Below are positions 48,030 to 56,860 of a stretch of 64,000 nucleotides of DNA, piece by piece. The notes under the pieces are model-generated. The model was not told where the DNA came from. It ran no database searches and saw only the letters and a list, made by a program, of their open reading frames with translations. Numbering within the stretch: the stretch's first letter is position 1; each line of letters opens with the position of its first letter. The DNA comes from Candidatus Saccharimonadales bacterium (GTDB lineage: Bacteria > Patescibacteriota > Saccharimonadia > Saccharimonadales > SZUA-47): the NCBI GenBank assembly GCA_041737385.1, contig JBGSRU010000002.1, positions 56,761 to 120,760 on the forward strand. The letters are read 5' to 3'. The translations under genes were made by a program, and so were the position numbers.

Positions 48030-49201
48030 ACTATCTAAGCAAATTCACTACCTTACCTAAGCCGGTCAAAGCACTCACATTAGAACAATTTTTTGAGGGG
48101 TTTGTTCCTATTACCGCGCTCTACGTGCTTGTTTTTGATCGTGTTGGCGGATTATCATTTCAGCAGATTAGCATATTATTTTCAGTCTGGTCAGCTGCTT
48201 TCTTAATTGCTGAGCTTCCGAGCGGAATACTTGCAGATTATTGGTCAAGAAAAAACGTAATAGTATTAGGTGGTTTTTTACGTGCTTGTGGATTTCTGTT
48301 TTGGATATTTTATCCAAGTTTTTGGGGGTATTTACTCGGCTTTGCTTTATGGGGATTTATGATAGCCTGTAGCTCAGGTTCGACTAGTGCCTTCTTAAGA
48401 TCAGAATTAGAGGCAACCAAAAATGAAAAAAAGTTTACAAAATACTATGGATTAACAGCCGCAGCCCTATCTAGTGGAGCATTATTAGGTTATATTATTG
48501 CATCGATATTAACAGTAGAACATTCATCTGCGTTACTTTATTTATCTTTCTTAAGTTCCTTATTGGGTGGGATAAGTCTGCTTTTTGTAAACGAAGCTAG
48601 CTATAGTCGTCAGTCGTCATATTTAGAAACACTGCGAAGCGGCTTAAGGGAGTTTGCAGTGTCTCGTAAACTGCAAATAATCGGATTTATATTATTCTCA
48701 GTATTTATGATTTACGGCGTTCTTGAAGAGTTTGTTCCTCGTTTATATGCCAGTTTTGGTCTTTCTGATAGCAAAATAGCACTTATCGTCGCGACTACTT
48801 ATGTTTTCTCAATCACATTGTTACTGCGTCTTGAACGATATGTAAACTTTTCTTTAGCAAGTCAGACTTTTGGTATTATCTCTGGCGTTAGCTTTTTAAT
48901 TATTGGCTTGTTATTCACTGGATATAGCGCGGCTGCAATGGTCCTGATATTTAGCTTGGTTTTGGAACTAGCTCGTTCATTGTTTTTACATCATGTGCAG
49001 AGTGAAATTAAAGGAAACGAAAAAGCTACAATCGCATCCATACCAGGACTAGCTGGAGGACTCATAGGAGCAATTGCCTATGTTGTTATTAGCATTCTGT
49101 CTAGCTTTGTAGGAGATAATCGATCTTTACAAATGTACGCATTTTTTTGGATCTTGGCTCTGATTCCAGTTGTTTTATATTCTCGCAAGATAAAACTGTA
49201 G
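48026..49201 (+). CDS. MFS transporter
   Basis: Twelve-TM profile with the MFS loop GILADYWSRK. Confidence 0.75.
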   Translation: MNYLSKFTTLPKPVKALTLEQFFEGFVPITALYVLVFDRVGGLSFQQISILFSVWSAAFLIAELPSGILADYWSRKNVIVLGGFLRACGFLFWIFYPSFWGYLLGFALWGFMIACSSGSTSAFLRSELEATKNEKKFTKYYGLTAAALSSGALLGYIIASILTVEHSSALLYLSFLSSLLGGISLLFVNEASYSRQSSYLETLRSGLREFAVSRKLQIIGFILFSVFMIYGVLEEFVPRLYASFGLSDSKIALIVATTYVFSITLLLRLERYVNFSLASQTFGIISGVSFLIIGLLFTGYSAAAMVLIFSLVLELARSLFLHHVQSEIKGNEKATIASIPGLAGGLIGAIAYVVISILSSFVGDNRSLQMYAFFWILALIPVVLYSRKIKL

Positions 49202-49226
49202 CTTCTTTCTGTTATACTACTATCTA

Positions 49227-49347
49227 TTAACAATTAAACAATATACAGAGAGTCGGAAGGGAACTAGCCCGCTAAAACCGATCAGCAACCGACTCAAAAA
49301 TGTAAGGTGCTACGTCTAGCTTGTCCGTATTGGTCAAGAAAGATATT
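49227..49347 (+). ncRNA. SAM riboswitch aptamer (S-box / SAM-I-like), copy A; no evident expression platform
   Basis: CAGAGAGTCGGAAGGGAACTAGCCCGCTAAAACCGATCAGCAACC...TAAGGTGCTACGTCTAGC...CAAGAAAGATATT matches the S-box cores (AGAGAGG.GGAGGGA.UGGCCCG.UGAAACC..GCAACC...GGUGC). It is ~95% identical to copy B over ~120 nt. Confidence 0.6.
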
Positions 49348-49602
49348 CATATACACTCAGTTAAATCTTCAAAAGAACATGCTGTCAACGTGCTACTGAT
49401 TCGGCTTACCTTGCGAAAACAAGACTCAATCTTTATTGGTGGCGGTCTGAATGACATGCAATTATTCCCTTCAAGTGGTCTGAGAGTCGTGATGGGTAAT
49501 GCCATACCTAAACTAAAGGAGCAATCTGATCTTGTAATCGGTGATGTGAACGATAATGGGCTGGCAGATTATTTAGAAACTTTAATTACAAGAGGAAAAT
49601 AA
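49321..49602 (+). pseudogene. C-terminal remnant of a Cof-type (HAD-IIB) phosphatase
   Basis: Only the last ~50 aa of a ~270-aa family are present (GGGLNDMQLF...VVMGNA...ADYL). The ORF in the track starts at TTG inside the riboswitch; the first ATG is at 49456. Confidence 0.5.
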
Positions 49603-50333
49603 TGAATGGTAAAATTATTCTAATAACTGGATCGTCCAGAGGTATCGGAAAGTCCACAGCTGAGCTGGCCTACAAACAAGGCGCAAAAGTAATTGTGCAC
49701 GGAAAAACTAAAACTAAAGAGCTCGAGGATTTTGCAGCAAGTATTAATGCCAGCATTTGTTGTTTTGATGTTACGAACAAAGGAGAAGCAACTAAAGCCA
49801 TTAATGAGATACTAACGCAAGTTACAAGAATTGATATTTTGGTGAATTCTGCTGGAATAGTTAAAGTAGAGCCATTTCTCGAGGCTTCAGACGAGAACTG
49901 GCTAGAAAATTTTCAAGCAAATTTTTTGGGGACAGTTCACGTTATCCAGTCTGTATTGCCGAATATGTTGGAACATGAATCGGGCAGCATAGTGAATGTC
50001 TCATCTATTAGAGGTGAGAGAACCATGGCCTCTAACCGAGGGATGGCGTACTCTGCAAGCAAAGCAGCGGTTATTAACCTTACATCAGGGCTTGCGAAAG
50101 AGTACGCTCCAAATATCAGAGTTAACTCTGTTGCGCCCGGATTTACGCTGACCGATATGAGCAAGACCTGGAACGATACGGTACGTAATCAGGTAAAAAC
50201 TGCTTTGCTTGGACGAGGAGCGAAACCTACAGAAATCGCAGAAGCGATATTATTTCTTGCAGGCGACAAAGCAAGTTTTATCACAGGCCAAACTATTGAT
50301 GTCGACGGCGGTTACGAAATTTCAGGAAAGTAG
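49602..50333 (+). CDS. SDR-family oxidoreductase (FabG-like)
   Basis: TGSSRGIGK cofactor motif, NSAG, and catalytic YSASKAAV. Confidence 0.85.
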   Translation: MNGKIILITGSSRGIGKSTAELAYKQGAKVIVHGKTKTKELEDFAASINASICCFDVTNKGEATKAINEILTQVTRIDILVNSAGIVKVEPFLEASDENWLENFQANFLGTVHVIQSVLPNMLEHESGSIVNVSSIRGERTMASNRGMAYSASKAAVINLTSGLAKEYAPNIRVNSVAPGFTLTDMSKTWNDTVRNQVKTALLGRGAKPTEIAEAILFLAGDKASFITGQTIDVDGGYEISGK

Positions 50334-50349
50334 TGACTAAAAAATGAAC

Positions 50350-51036
50350 TTATTGAATTGCATAGACGGTTTGCAACCCGCGGATAGCATCAATATTTCC
50401 TAACACATTTGGGAACAATTCGGCGGCTTCTGCTGTGTGCCACTGATGGTTTTCAAGTAATACGCATTCACCATCAAGGTATTGCATAAGCCTTTGCTGA
50501 GTTGTCTCCACGAGTTCGTCCAGATAGGCGAAAGCACGCGATTTAAATTCAGGGAACGGCATACCAAAACTAGATGAATCTGCATCAGCAATAATGCCTG
50601 TTCGGTAGTCTGCCGGATCAACATTTTGAATGAGTCGTGGAAAAAATGATTTTACAGTAGTTGCTATTACTAATTTGCCAACATCCTCAACATGTTCGGG
50701 TTCAAAGCAAGTAAATGGTTTCATCATATTGACAGTAATTTCTGCACTTCTTTTTTCATTGTGTCCTTTACGTTTTGGGTCATAGAACAGATCATGACCT
50801 CCGGCTGCTATGACAAGAATCGGTACGTCTTGGTCTGTTATCTTGCCCTTTTCTAGGGCCAATGCTGCAATAGCACGCGTAGAAGCAACTACGTCGATAG
50901 TATGTTGTCTATTATGGTATTTTTGCGGAAATCTTCCGTCTGGCCCATAGAGTCGGTCAATCCTAAGAAGCTGTTGTTCGACTATAGCTTCGCCGGCTTC
51001 ATGCATACTTTCGATTTGAGTCGCGGTTAGTCCCAT
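50350..51036 (-). CDS. HD-domain phosphohydrolase
   Basis: HNRQHTIDV...AAGGHDL (H...HD...D). Confidence 0.6.
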   Translation of the reverse strand: MGLTATQIESMHEAGEAIVEQQLLRIDRLYGPDGRFPQKYHNRQHTIDVVASTRAIAALALEKGKITDQDVPILVIAAGGHDLFYDPKRKGHNEKRSAEITVNMMKPFTCFEPEHVEDVGKLVIATTVKSFFPRLIQNVDPADYRTGIIADADSSSFGMPFPEFKSRAFAYLDELVETTQQRLMQYLDGECVLLENHQWHTAEAAELFPNVLGNIDAIRGLQTVYAIQ

Positions 51037-51108
51037 GATAATTAAATCATACTATACCACAATTAATATATTTCATGTAATCGAATGACAGGTGCTATGA
51101 TTAGGATA

Positions 51109-51231
51109 TTAACAATTAAACAATATACAGAGAGTCGGAAGGGAACTAGCCCGCTATAACCGATCAGCAACCTGCTTTAAAAAAAGTAAGGTGCTACGTC
51201 TAGCTTGTCCATATTGGTCAAGAAAGATATT
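51109..51231 (+). ncRNA. SAM riboswitch aptamer (S-box / SAM-I-like), copy B, controlling metK
   Basis: Same aptamer as copy A. It is followed by ATATCCT (51242-51248), a perfect complement of the metK ribosome-binding site AGGATAT (51269-51275), which suggests a sequestering hairpin. Confidence 0.8.
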
Positions 51232-51281
51232 GCATTTGTACATATCCTACTGCCCTTATGTGGACGGAAGGATATTTTTAT

Positions 51282-52379
51282 ATGAGTTATCAACTATTTA
51301 CAAGTGAGTCTGTCACCGCTGGACATCCAGACAAAATCGCAGACGCGATCAGCGATGCGATTCTAGATGCGCTACTTGAGCAAGATCCAAATGCTCGTGC
51401 TGGCCTAGAGACAATCGTTGGAGCCAACAAAATAGGATTATTTGGTGAGATTAAAACTAAAGCAAAAGTTGATTTTGAAGCTATTACAAAAGATACAGTG
51501 AAGCGGCTTGGCTACACGAACTTGAACTGGAACTTTTCCAATGAATCACCAATAGAAAACAATATTCATCAGCAATCTCCAGAAATAGCGATGGGTGTTG
51601 ATAATGATGGTGCTGGTGACCAAGGAATGATGTTTGGCTTTGCGTGCAACGAAACAGATGAATTCATGCCACTGCCTATTACGATTGCCCATGCGTTAAC
51701 GCGAGCTCTTGATGAAGCCCGTGAATCAAGTAGTATCGATTTCGTACGCCCAGATGGTAAAAGCCAAGTAACGGTTGCTTACGAAAACGGAAAACCTGTA
51801 GCTATAGAAAAAGTAGTTATGGCGGTAGCCCATGATGAAAAAGCTTCAGCAGAACATGTCCGCGAAGTTATAAAAGATAAGATTATCGATGTGGTTTTAG
51901 CTCAATACGGATATGAAGTAGCAAATAAACAAGTAGTGATTAATGGTACGGGTTTGTGGCACATCCCTGGGCCTGATTCTGATGCAGGTCTCACTGGACG
52001 CAAAATAGTCGTTGATGGCTACGCGCGAGTCGGTGGCGGTGCTTTCAGTGGCAAAGATCCAAGTAAAGTTGATAGATCTGGCGCCTACGCAGCTCGCTAT
52101 ATTGCGAAGAACATTGTGGCAGCTGGACTTGCGACAAAATGTGAAGTAGCGCTTGCATTCGTCATTGGACAGGCTGACCCTCAAATGAAAGCTTTTGACT
52201 GTTTCGGCACAGAAACTAAGTCCCTTGATGAAATACAGGAATTTGTAGATGGCCTGCTTGATACTACCGTTCGCGGAATAGTTGAAGGCTTAGATCTACG
52301 TCGACCAATCTATTCAAGCACAACCGCCTACGGTCATTTCGGTAAAATAGATTTACCATGGGAAAAGATTAAAAAATAA
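51282..52379 (+). CDS. metK: S-adenosylmethionine synthetase
   Basis: MSYQLFTSESVTAGHPDKIADAISDAILDA, GAGDQGMMFG and GAFSGKDPSKVDRSGAYAARYIAKN. I start at ATG 51282 because a GGAAGGA ribosome-binding site precedes it; the ORF in the track begins 24 nt earlier. Confidence 0.9.
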   Translation: MSYQLFTSESVTAGHPDKIADAISDAILDALLEQDPNARAGLETIVGANKIGLFGEIKTKAKVDFEAITKDTVKRLGYTNLNWNFSNESPIENNIHQQSPEIAMGVDNDGAGDQGMMFGFACNETDEFMPLPITIAHALTRALDEARESSSIDFVRPDGKSQVTVAYENGKPVAIEKVVMAVAHDEKASAEHVREVIKDKIIDVVLAQYGYEVANKQVVINGTGLWHIPGPDSDAGLTGRKIVVDGYARVGGGAFSGKDPSKVDRSGAYAARYIAKNIVAAGLATKCEVALAFVIGQADPQMKAFDCFGTETKSLDEIQEFVDGLLDTTVRGIVEGLDLRRPIYSSTTAYGHFGKIDLPWEKIKK

Positions 52380-52416
52380 ATTATTCCTATAATCTAATAG
52401 GTTGTATAATATATTA

Positions 52417-52815
52417 ATGGCTAAACGTTATACGGTAAGTTATAAAGTAGGCGAGGAAGGAAAACCGGCTCGTCAACTAATGACATACGTCAACTATGGA
52501 TTAAGAGAGAGATTACTGGCTGAGGCTGGTGCAACCCGCACTATAGCTAGTGTTATAAGGAGTGCTATTGATACAGCAATAGACGAAGACCCTTATGTAT
52601 TGGGCTCAGCATTTGAAGAATTTGCATTAACTCCGGCTGAATTTGGAAGATTGAGCGCGGGTCCAGGTTCAGCGAAAAGAAATCCTTTCATATTTCCGCT
52701 TGGCGTGAAACTCCCAGAAACTAGTTTTCAAGCTGTAGGTAATACCTGTGAGACTTTGGGTACTAGGAGTAGTCAGTTTATCCGTTTTTGTTTAACCAAC
52801 AGTTTAAAAGATTGA
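52417..52815 (+). CDS. Hypothetical protein with an N-terminal ribbon-helix-helix-like segment
   Basis: KRYTVSYKV...RERLLAEAG...ASVIRSAIDTAI resembles a beta-alpha-alpha (RHH) DNA-binding motif; the C-terminal half is unassigned. Confidence 0.35.
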   Translation: MAKRYTVSYKVGEEGKPARQLMTYVNYGLRERLLAEAGATRTIASVIRSAIDTAIDEDPYVLGSAFEEFALTPAEFGRLSAGPGSAKRNPFIFPLGVKLPETSFQAVGNTCETLGTRSSQFIRFCLTNSLKD

Positions 52816-52820
52816 TATAT

Positions 52821-54368
52821 CTAACTGTTTTTTGTAGCGCGCCATTTTTTGAGGGCTTCTGGTAAGACTTCTATAGCAATATTAACTGGGCTACCTTCAG
52901 CGTCAACAGGTCGGTATTTGGCAAATTGTTCTAGGGCTGCATGCACTTTGTGATTTGTGAATTCTTCATATTTAGTTGAGTTATTATATGACTCTAGATT
53001 CCTATGAGCCTTTTCTGTAGCAGCTTCGAATTTTTTAAACCATGCACGGTCACCACGCCTAGCAGTGATTGAGCAATTATCCACCATATAATCAACACCT
53101 CCAGATTTTATATATGGATTGAGCGATGCAACGGCTTCAATGACTGACTCATTAATTACTTCAGACCAATGATGCCCCATTTCGCGTAGCTTGTCTATCT
53201 GAGCAACCATGCAAGCAATGTACATCCCTGCGGCGACCGGATTGATTGTATTGTACGGATATCCAGATGCTCTCTGGGATTCTCTTAATTCTATTGTATT
53301 TGACCATAACGGACCGTCTGAAATGTTTTCGAATGGTTTGTTTTGTTTGTTTTCATTAACGACAGATGCAATTTCTCGTCCGCTAGAAACATTCTCATAG
53401 ATATCATCAACTACTGACTTATATCCGTCGTATGCTGCGTTGTATGCATCCATGAATTGTTGTTTATCATCATCGGACAACTTATCAACAAGACCACGGA
53501 AGCCACTATCTAGTATCGTGTCGGTTATTGGCCCCATCATAGATTGGACAACCTCTAAATATGTTGCCTGTTCATCTGACCCGTTCGCTTTCATCACCTC
53601 AGATGCTAGTCCTTCTATAGTGCCGTGTACGCCACCTAGTAATACTGCTCTTTCACCAAATATATCTGAGCGCCATTCGCTTCCTAGCGTAGTTAAAAAT
53701 GTATAAGGAGAGCCAATCATCGCTGAGTACGCTAGAGCTGTGTCTAGTGCATTACCAGAATTATTCTGTTCTACTGCGAAACTAGAGTTGATTCCACTAC
53801 CAATTTGGTAAGCTTTGCGCACAGATGGGCCCATGCCTTTCGGACAAACTCCGATAATATTAATATCATTTCTTAGTGCCGGTAGGCCTGCTTGCTCCCT
53901 CCAACCCAAATAGAATCCATGAGCAAAAAGCAACGTGCTGCCAGGTTTCATCAAGTCAATATAGCGTTCACCATCGTCTACTTGACCAGAATCGCTTATG
54001 AGCATTGATACTATATCAGCGGATTTTGCTGCTTCTTCGTTTGAGACAACAGTAAATTCAGCTTCTACGGCAGCTTGACGCGACGAACTGCTATCTCTTA
54101 ATCCGATTATTACTTTTATATCTAAATTTGCCTTAGCGATGCTATCCCTAATGTTTTGTGCATGTGCAGGGCCCTGAGAGCTCCACCCTAGAACAGCAAT
54201 AAGCTTAATTCCCTTGAGAGCTGAAGATAACTGTTCAGAAGCTATATTGCTACTGTCGAATATCGTTTCTATGGTATCGGGTGGCTTAATAATTCGAAGA
54301 TTATTTTCGAATATAGTGCTCTTAAAAGTGTTATTGTCGCTGCTAATAATAATATCTGTGTCTATCAT
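52821..54368 (-). CDS. ilvC: Class II (long-form) ketol-acid reductoisomerase-like protein
   Basis: LIAVLGWSSQGPAHAQNIRDS Rossmann N-terminus, IGSPYTFLTTLGSEWRSD, and the duplicated helical knot-domain region (NPVAAGMYIACMVAQIDKL...). About 515 aa, as in E. coli-type IlvC. Confidence 0.6.
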   Translation of the reverse strand: MIDTDIIISSDNNTFKSTIFENNLRIIKPPDTIETIFDSSNIASEQLSSALKGIKLIAVLGWSSQGPAHAQNIRDSIAKANLDIKVIIGLRDSSSSRQAAVEAEFTVVSNEEAAKSADIVSMLISDSGQVDDGERYIDLMKPGSTLLFAHGFYLGWREQAGLPALRNDINIIGVCPKGMGPSVRKAYQIGSGINSSFAVEQNNSGNALDTALAYSAMIGSPYTFLTTLGSEWRSDIFGERAVLLGGVHGTIEGLASEVMKANGSDEQATYLEVVQSMMGPITDTILDSGFRGLVDKLSDDDKQQFMDAYNAAYDGYKSVVDDIYENVSSGREIASVVNENKQNKPFENISDGPLWSNTIELRESQRASGYPYNTINPVAAGMYIACMVAQIDKLREMGHHWSEVINESVIEAVASLNPYIKSGGVDYMVDNCSITARRGDRAWFKKFEAATEKAHRNLESYNNSTKYEEFTNHKVHAALEQFAKYRPVDAEGSPVNIAIEVLPEALKKWRATKNS

Positions 54369-54567
54369 TTTGAAATATTCTGCTTAACTAACTTTAAATA
54401 CACCATACAACGACAACCTCAAAAAGAGCAAATTATATCGAAAACTAACGTAGCTATGTTCCAAATTAACAAATACTTGTGAGTTAAATCACATTCAAAT
54501 GTTTACGTTAGCACGATACAATAGATTCTAGAAGTGTGAGTGTGGAGACACCTTTGCAGCTTCTGTA

Positions 54568-54594
54568 AACCGGACCAAAAACGTCCGGTTTTTT
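54568..54594 (+). terminator. Rho-independent terminator, plus-strand oriented, with no plus-strand CDS upstream
   Basis: ACCGGAC-caaaaac-GTCCGGT followed by TTTTTTT. Confidence 0.6.
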
Positions 54595-54606
54595 TAATAC
54601 AAAAAA

Positions 54607-54942
54607 TTATTGTTGAATCGCAAGTGACGCAGCACCAGCTGCTAAGTTCAGTATGCGGTTATGTTCAGCTGTATTTTCGATAGGAGGTACAATATCGAGA
54701 GCTCCTGAAAATCTATCAACAACAAGAAACTTTGCTCCAGTAGCTACACCTTGTGAAAAAATGTCAGCTTTTGACGTTGGTGGAAAAAGTGCTGGTTGGT
54801 CTATATCATCACCGTTTTCAGTTCGGCTAGAATCGATAATTGCATAGCCACTCAAATTAGGCTCTAGATCTGCAAAATCGCCAAGAATTCGTAACGTTTC
54901 TGACTGGACAGGACTAGGTAAAAACGGTGTTGATCTATTCAT
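54607..54942 (-). CDS. Hypothetical protein (111 aa)
   Basis: Open frame with TATTAT immediately 5' of the ATG; no ribosome-binding site; no family recognised. Confidence 0.3.
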   Translation of the reverse strand: MNRSTPFLPSPVQSETLRILGDFADLEPNLSGYAIIDSSRTENGDDIDQPALFPPTSKADIFSQGVATGAKFLVVDRFSGALDIVPPIENTAEHNRILNLAAGAASLAIQQ

Positions 54943-55034
54943 CGTTATATAATAGCATATAATGTTGTTTTTGTAAACACTATTTTTATCATTCTTCTCT
55001 TTTGTCTAATTTGCTACAATTGTAGCAATAGACT

Positions 55035-56810
55035 ATGAAACAAATTTTTAGAATTTTGAGTATTGGCAAAGAGCTGCGGATGAGTTATGCGGCTATTACA
55101 GTGTTCACGACACTGCTTTCGTTGGTGACCATTATCGTACCGCTATTGTCTGGATGGGCTATCGACGAAATGCGCAAAGGAACAGAGGCAGATGTGCGCT
55201 ATGTGGTGCTTCTCGCTACTGGAATATTCCTTCTCGATCTCAGTCAGACACTACTCAGCAACGTAAACGGCTATATCGGTGATCAGATCCAAGCTCGTTT
55301 ACAGAAGATCCTGAGTGATACTTATTACAAACATCTTCTGACGCTTCCACAAAGTTATTTTGATTCTGAGCTGTCAGGAAAAATAATCAACAGATTGAAT
55401 CGGTCTATTGCGCAGATAACTAACTTCCTGCACTCTATGAGTAACAGCTTCCTGCAGTTTATTTTCAGCACTGTCTTAAGCTTGGCTATTATCACCATAT
55501 ATAGCTGGCAGGTTGCACTGATGCTGTTCATGCTCTACCCGATTTTTATCTGGTTGACGGTACGCAGTAGTGGTACATGGATGGGCTATCAGAAAACTAA
55601 GAACAAGCATATCGACGTCGCAAGCGGACGTTTTGCTGAGGCGGTTGGTCAAATCAAAGTTGTTAAAAGTTATAATCAAGAAGAGCGTGAGTTGAGCTTT
55701 TTTGATAAACATTTATCTGTTGTAGTCAAAACAAATCGACCACAATCTCTGCATTGGCACAAAAAAGATGTTTCGCGGCGGCTCGTTCTGAACGTCATAT
55801 TCTACTGTGTTTATCTGTACATTTTTGTCCAAGGAGCTAAAGGAGTGTTGTCGCCTGGTCAAGTAGTCGCACTTATCTTATATGCAATGAATATTCGCAT
55901 ACCTATATTTACGATTAGCTGGCTGGTTGAGCAAACACAGAAAGCCGTAGCTGATAGTAAAGATTACTTTGAGATTATGAACATTGAGCCTGCAATTAAA
56001 GACAGTGAAGACGCCGTTGATCTCGTTGTTTCAAAGCCGGTTATATCTTTTAACAACGTGCGGTTCTCATACGACAGGGGCGAAGAAGTGATCAAGGGTA
56101 TAACTATAGACCTGAAACCAAGTAAAAAAGTAGCGCTTGTTGGCGAAAGTGGCGAAGGCAAAACTACACTAACGAATTTGCTCCTACGACTTTATGAACC
56201 GACAAGCGGTACTATCACAATCGACGGAAAAAATATTATGAATGTGACGCAGCAGAGCTTACGTCAAAATATCGGGGTAGTTTTCCAAGAACCTAACTTG
56301 TTTAGTGGCACAATAAAAGAAAATATTACCTACGCAAACCCTAAAGCATCAGTTGCAGAAATAGAATCAGCAGCGAAGGCAGCGAACGCACATGAATTTA
56401 TCGCGAAACTAGACAAAGGCTATGACACAGAGATCGGCGAAAGAGGACTCAAGTTGTCTGGTGGACAGAAACAACGTATCGCAATCGCACGGGCTATCTT
56501 AAAAGACGCGCCTATTTTGATTCTTGATGAAGCAACCAGCAGTCTGGATAGTAAATCAGAACTTCTTGTACAAGAAGCACTAGAACGACTTATGAAAAAC
56601 CGCACAACCATTATTATTGCTCACCGTTTAAGTACAATTCAGAATGTCGATACTATTATCGCGCTCAAAGGCGGAAAGGTATCTGAAAAGGGATCTCCTA
56701 AAGAACTGGCCTCTGGTAACGGCATATATGCCAAATTATTAGCAGTACAAACAGCCCGATCAGCAGAGGACCGAACCAAAGCATTAGCGAAATTTGGAAT
56801 TGTCTCCTGA
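55035..56810 (+). CDS. ABC exporter, fused permease/ATPase (MsbA-like), second copy
   Basis: Walker A GESGEGKTT; signature LSGGQKQRIAIARA; Walker B ILILDEATSSLD. Confidence 0.85.
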   Translation: MKQIFRILSIGKELRMSYAAITVFTTLLSLVTIIVPLLSGWAIDEMRKGTEADVRYVVLLATGIFLLDLSQTLLSNVNGYIGDQIQARLQKILSDTYYKHLLTLPQSYFDSELSGKIINRLNRSIAQITNFLHSMSNSFLQFIFSTVLSLAIITIYSWQVALMLFMLYPIFIWLTVRSSGTWMGYQKTKNKHIDVASGRFAEAVGQIKVVKSYNQEERELSFFDKHLSVVVKTNRPQSLHWHKKDVSRRLVLNVIFYCVYLYIFVQGAKGVLSPGQVVALILYAMNIRIPIFTISWLVEQTQKAVADSKDYFEIMNIEPAIKDSEDAVDLVVSKPVISFNNVRFSYDRGEEVIKGITIDLKPSKKVALVGESGEGKTTLTNLLLRLYEPTSGTITIDGKNIMNVTQQSLRQNIGVVFQEPNLFSGTIKENITYANPKASVAEIESAAKAANAHEFIAKLDKGYDTEIGERGLKLSGGQKQRIAIARAILKDAPILILDEATSSLDSKSELLVQEALERLMKNRTTIIIAHRLSTIQNVDTIIALKGGKVSEKGSPKELASGNGIYAKLLAVQTARSAEDRTKALAKFGIVS

Positions 56811-56860
56811 AGCAGTAAGCTATCTGATACACTACTATAAACAAGTTTGAACAAGAGGAT

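Noticed and set aside
54653-54847. 64-aa plus-strand ORF
   Set aside because: It is nested antisense inside the (itself weak) minus-strand ORF and has no start context.
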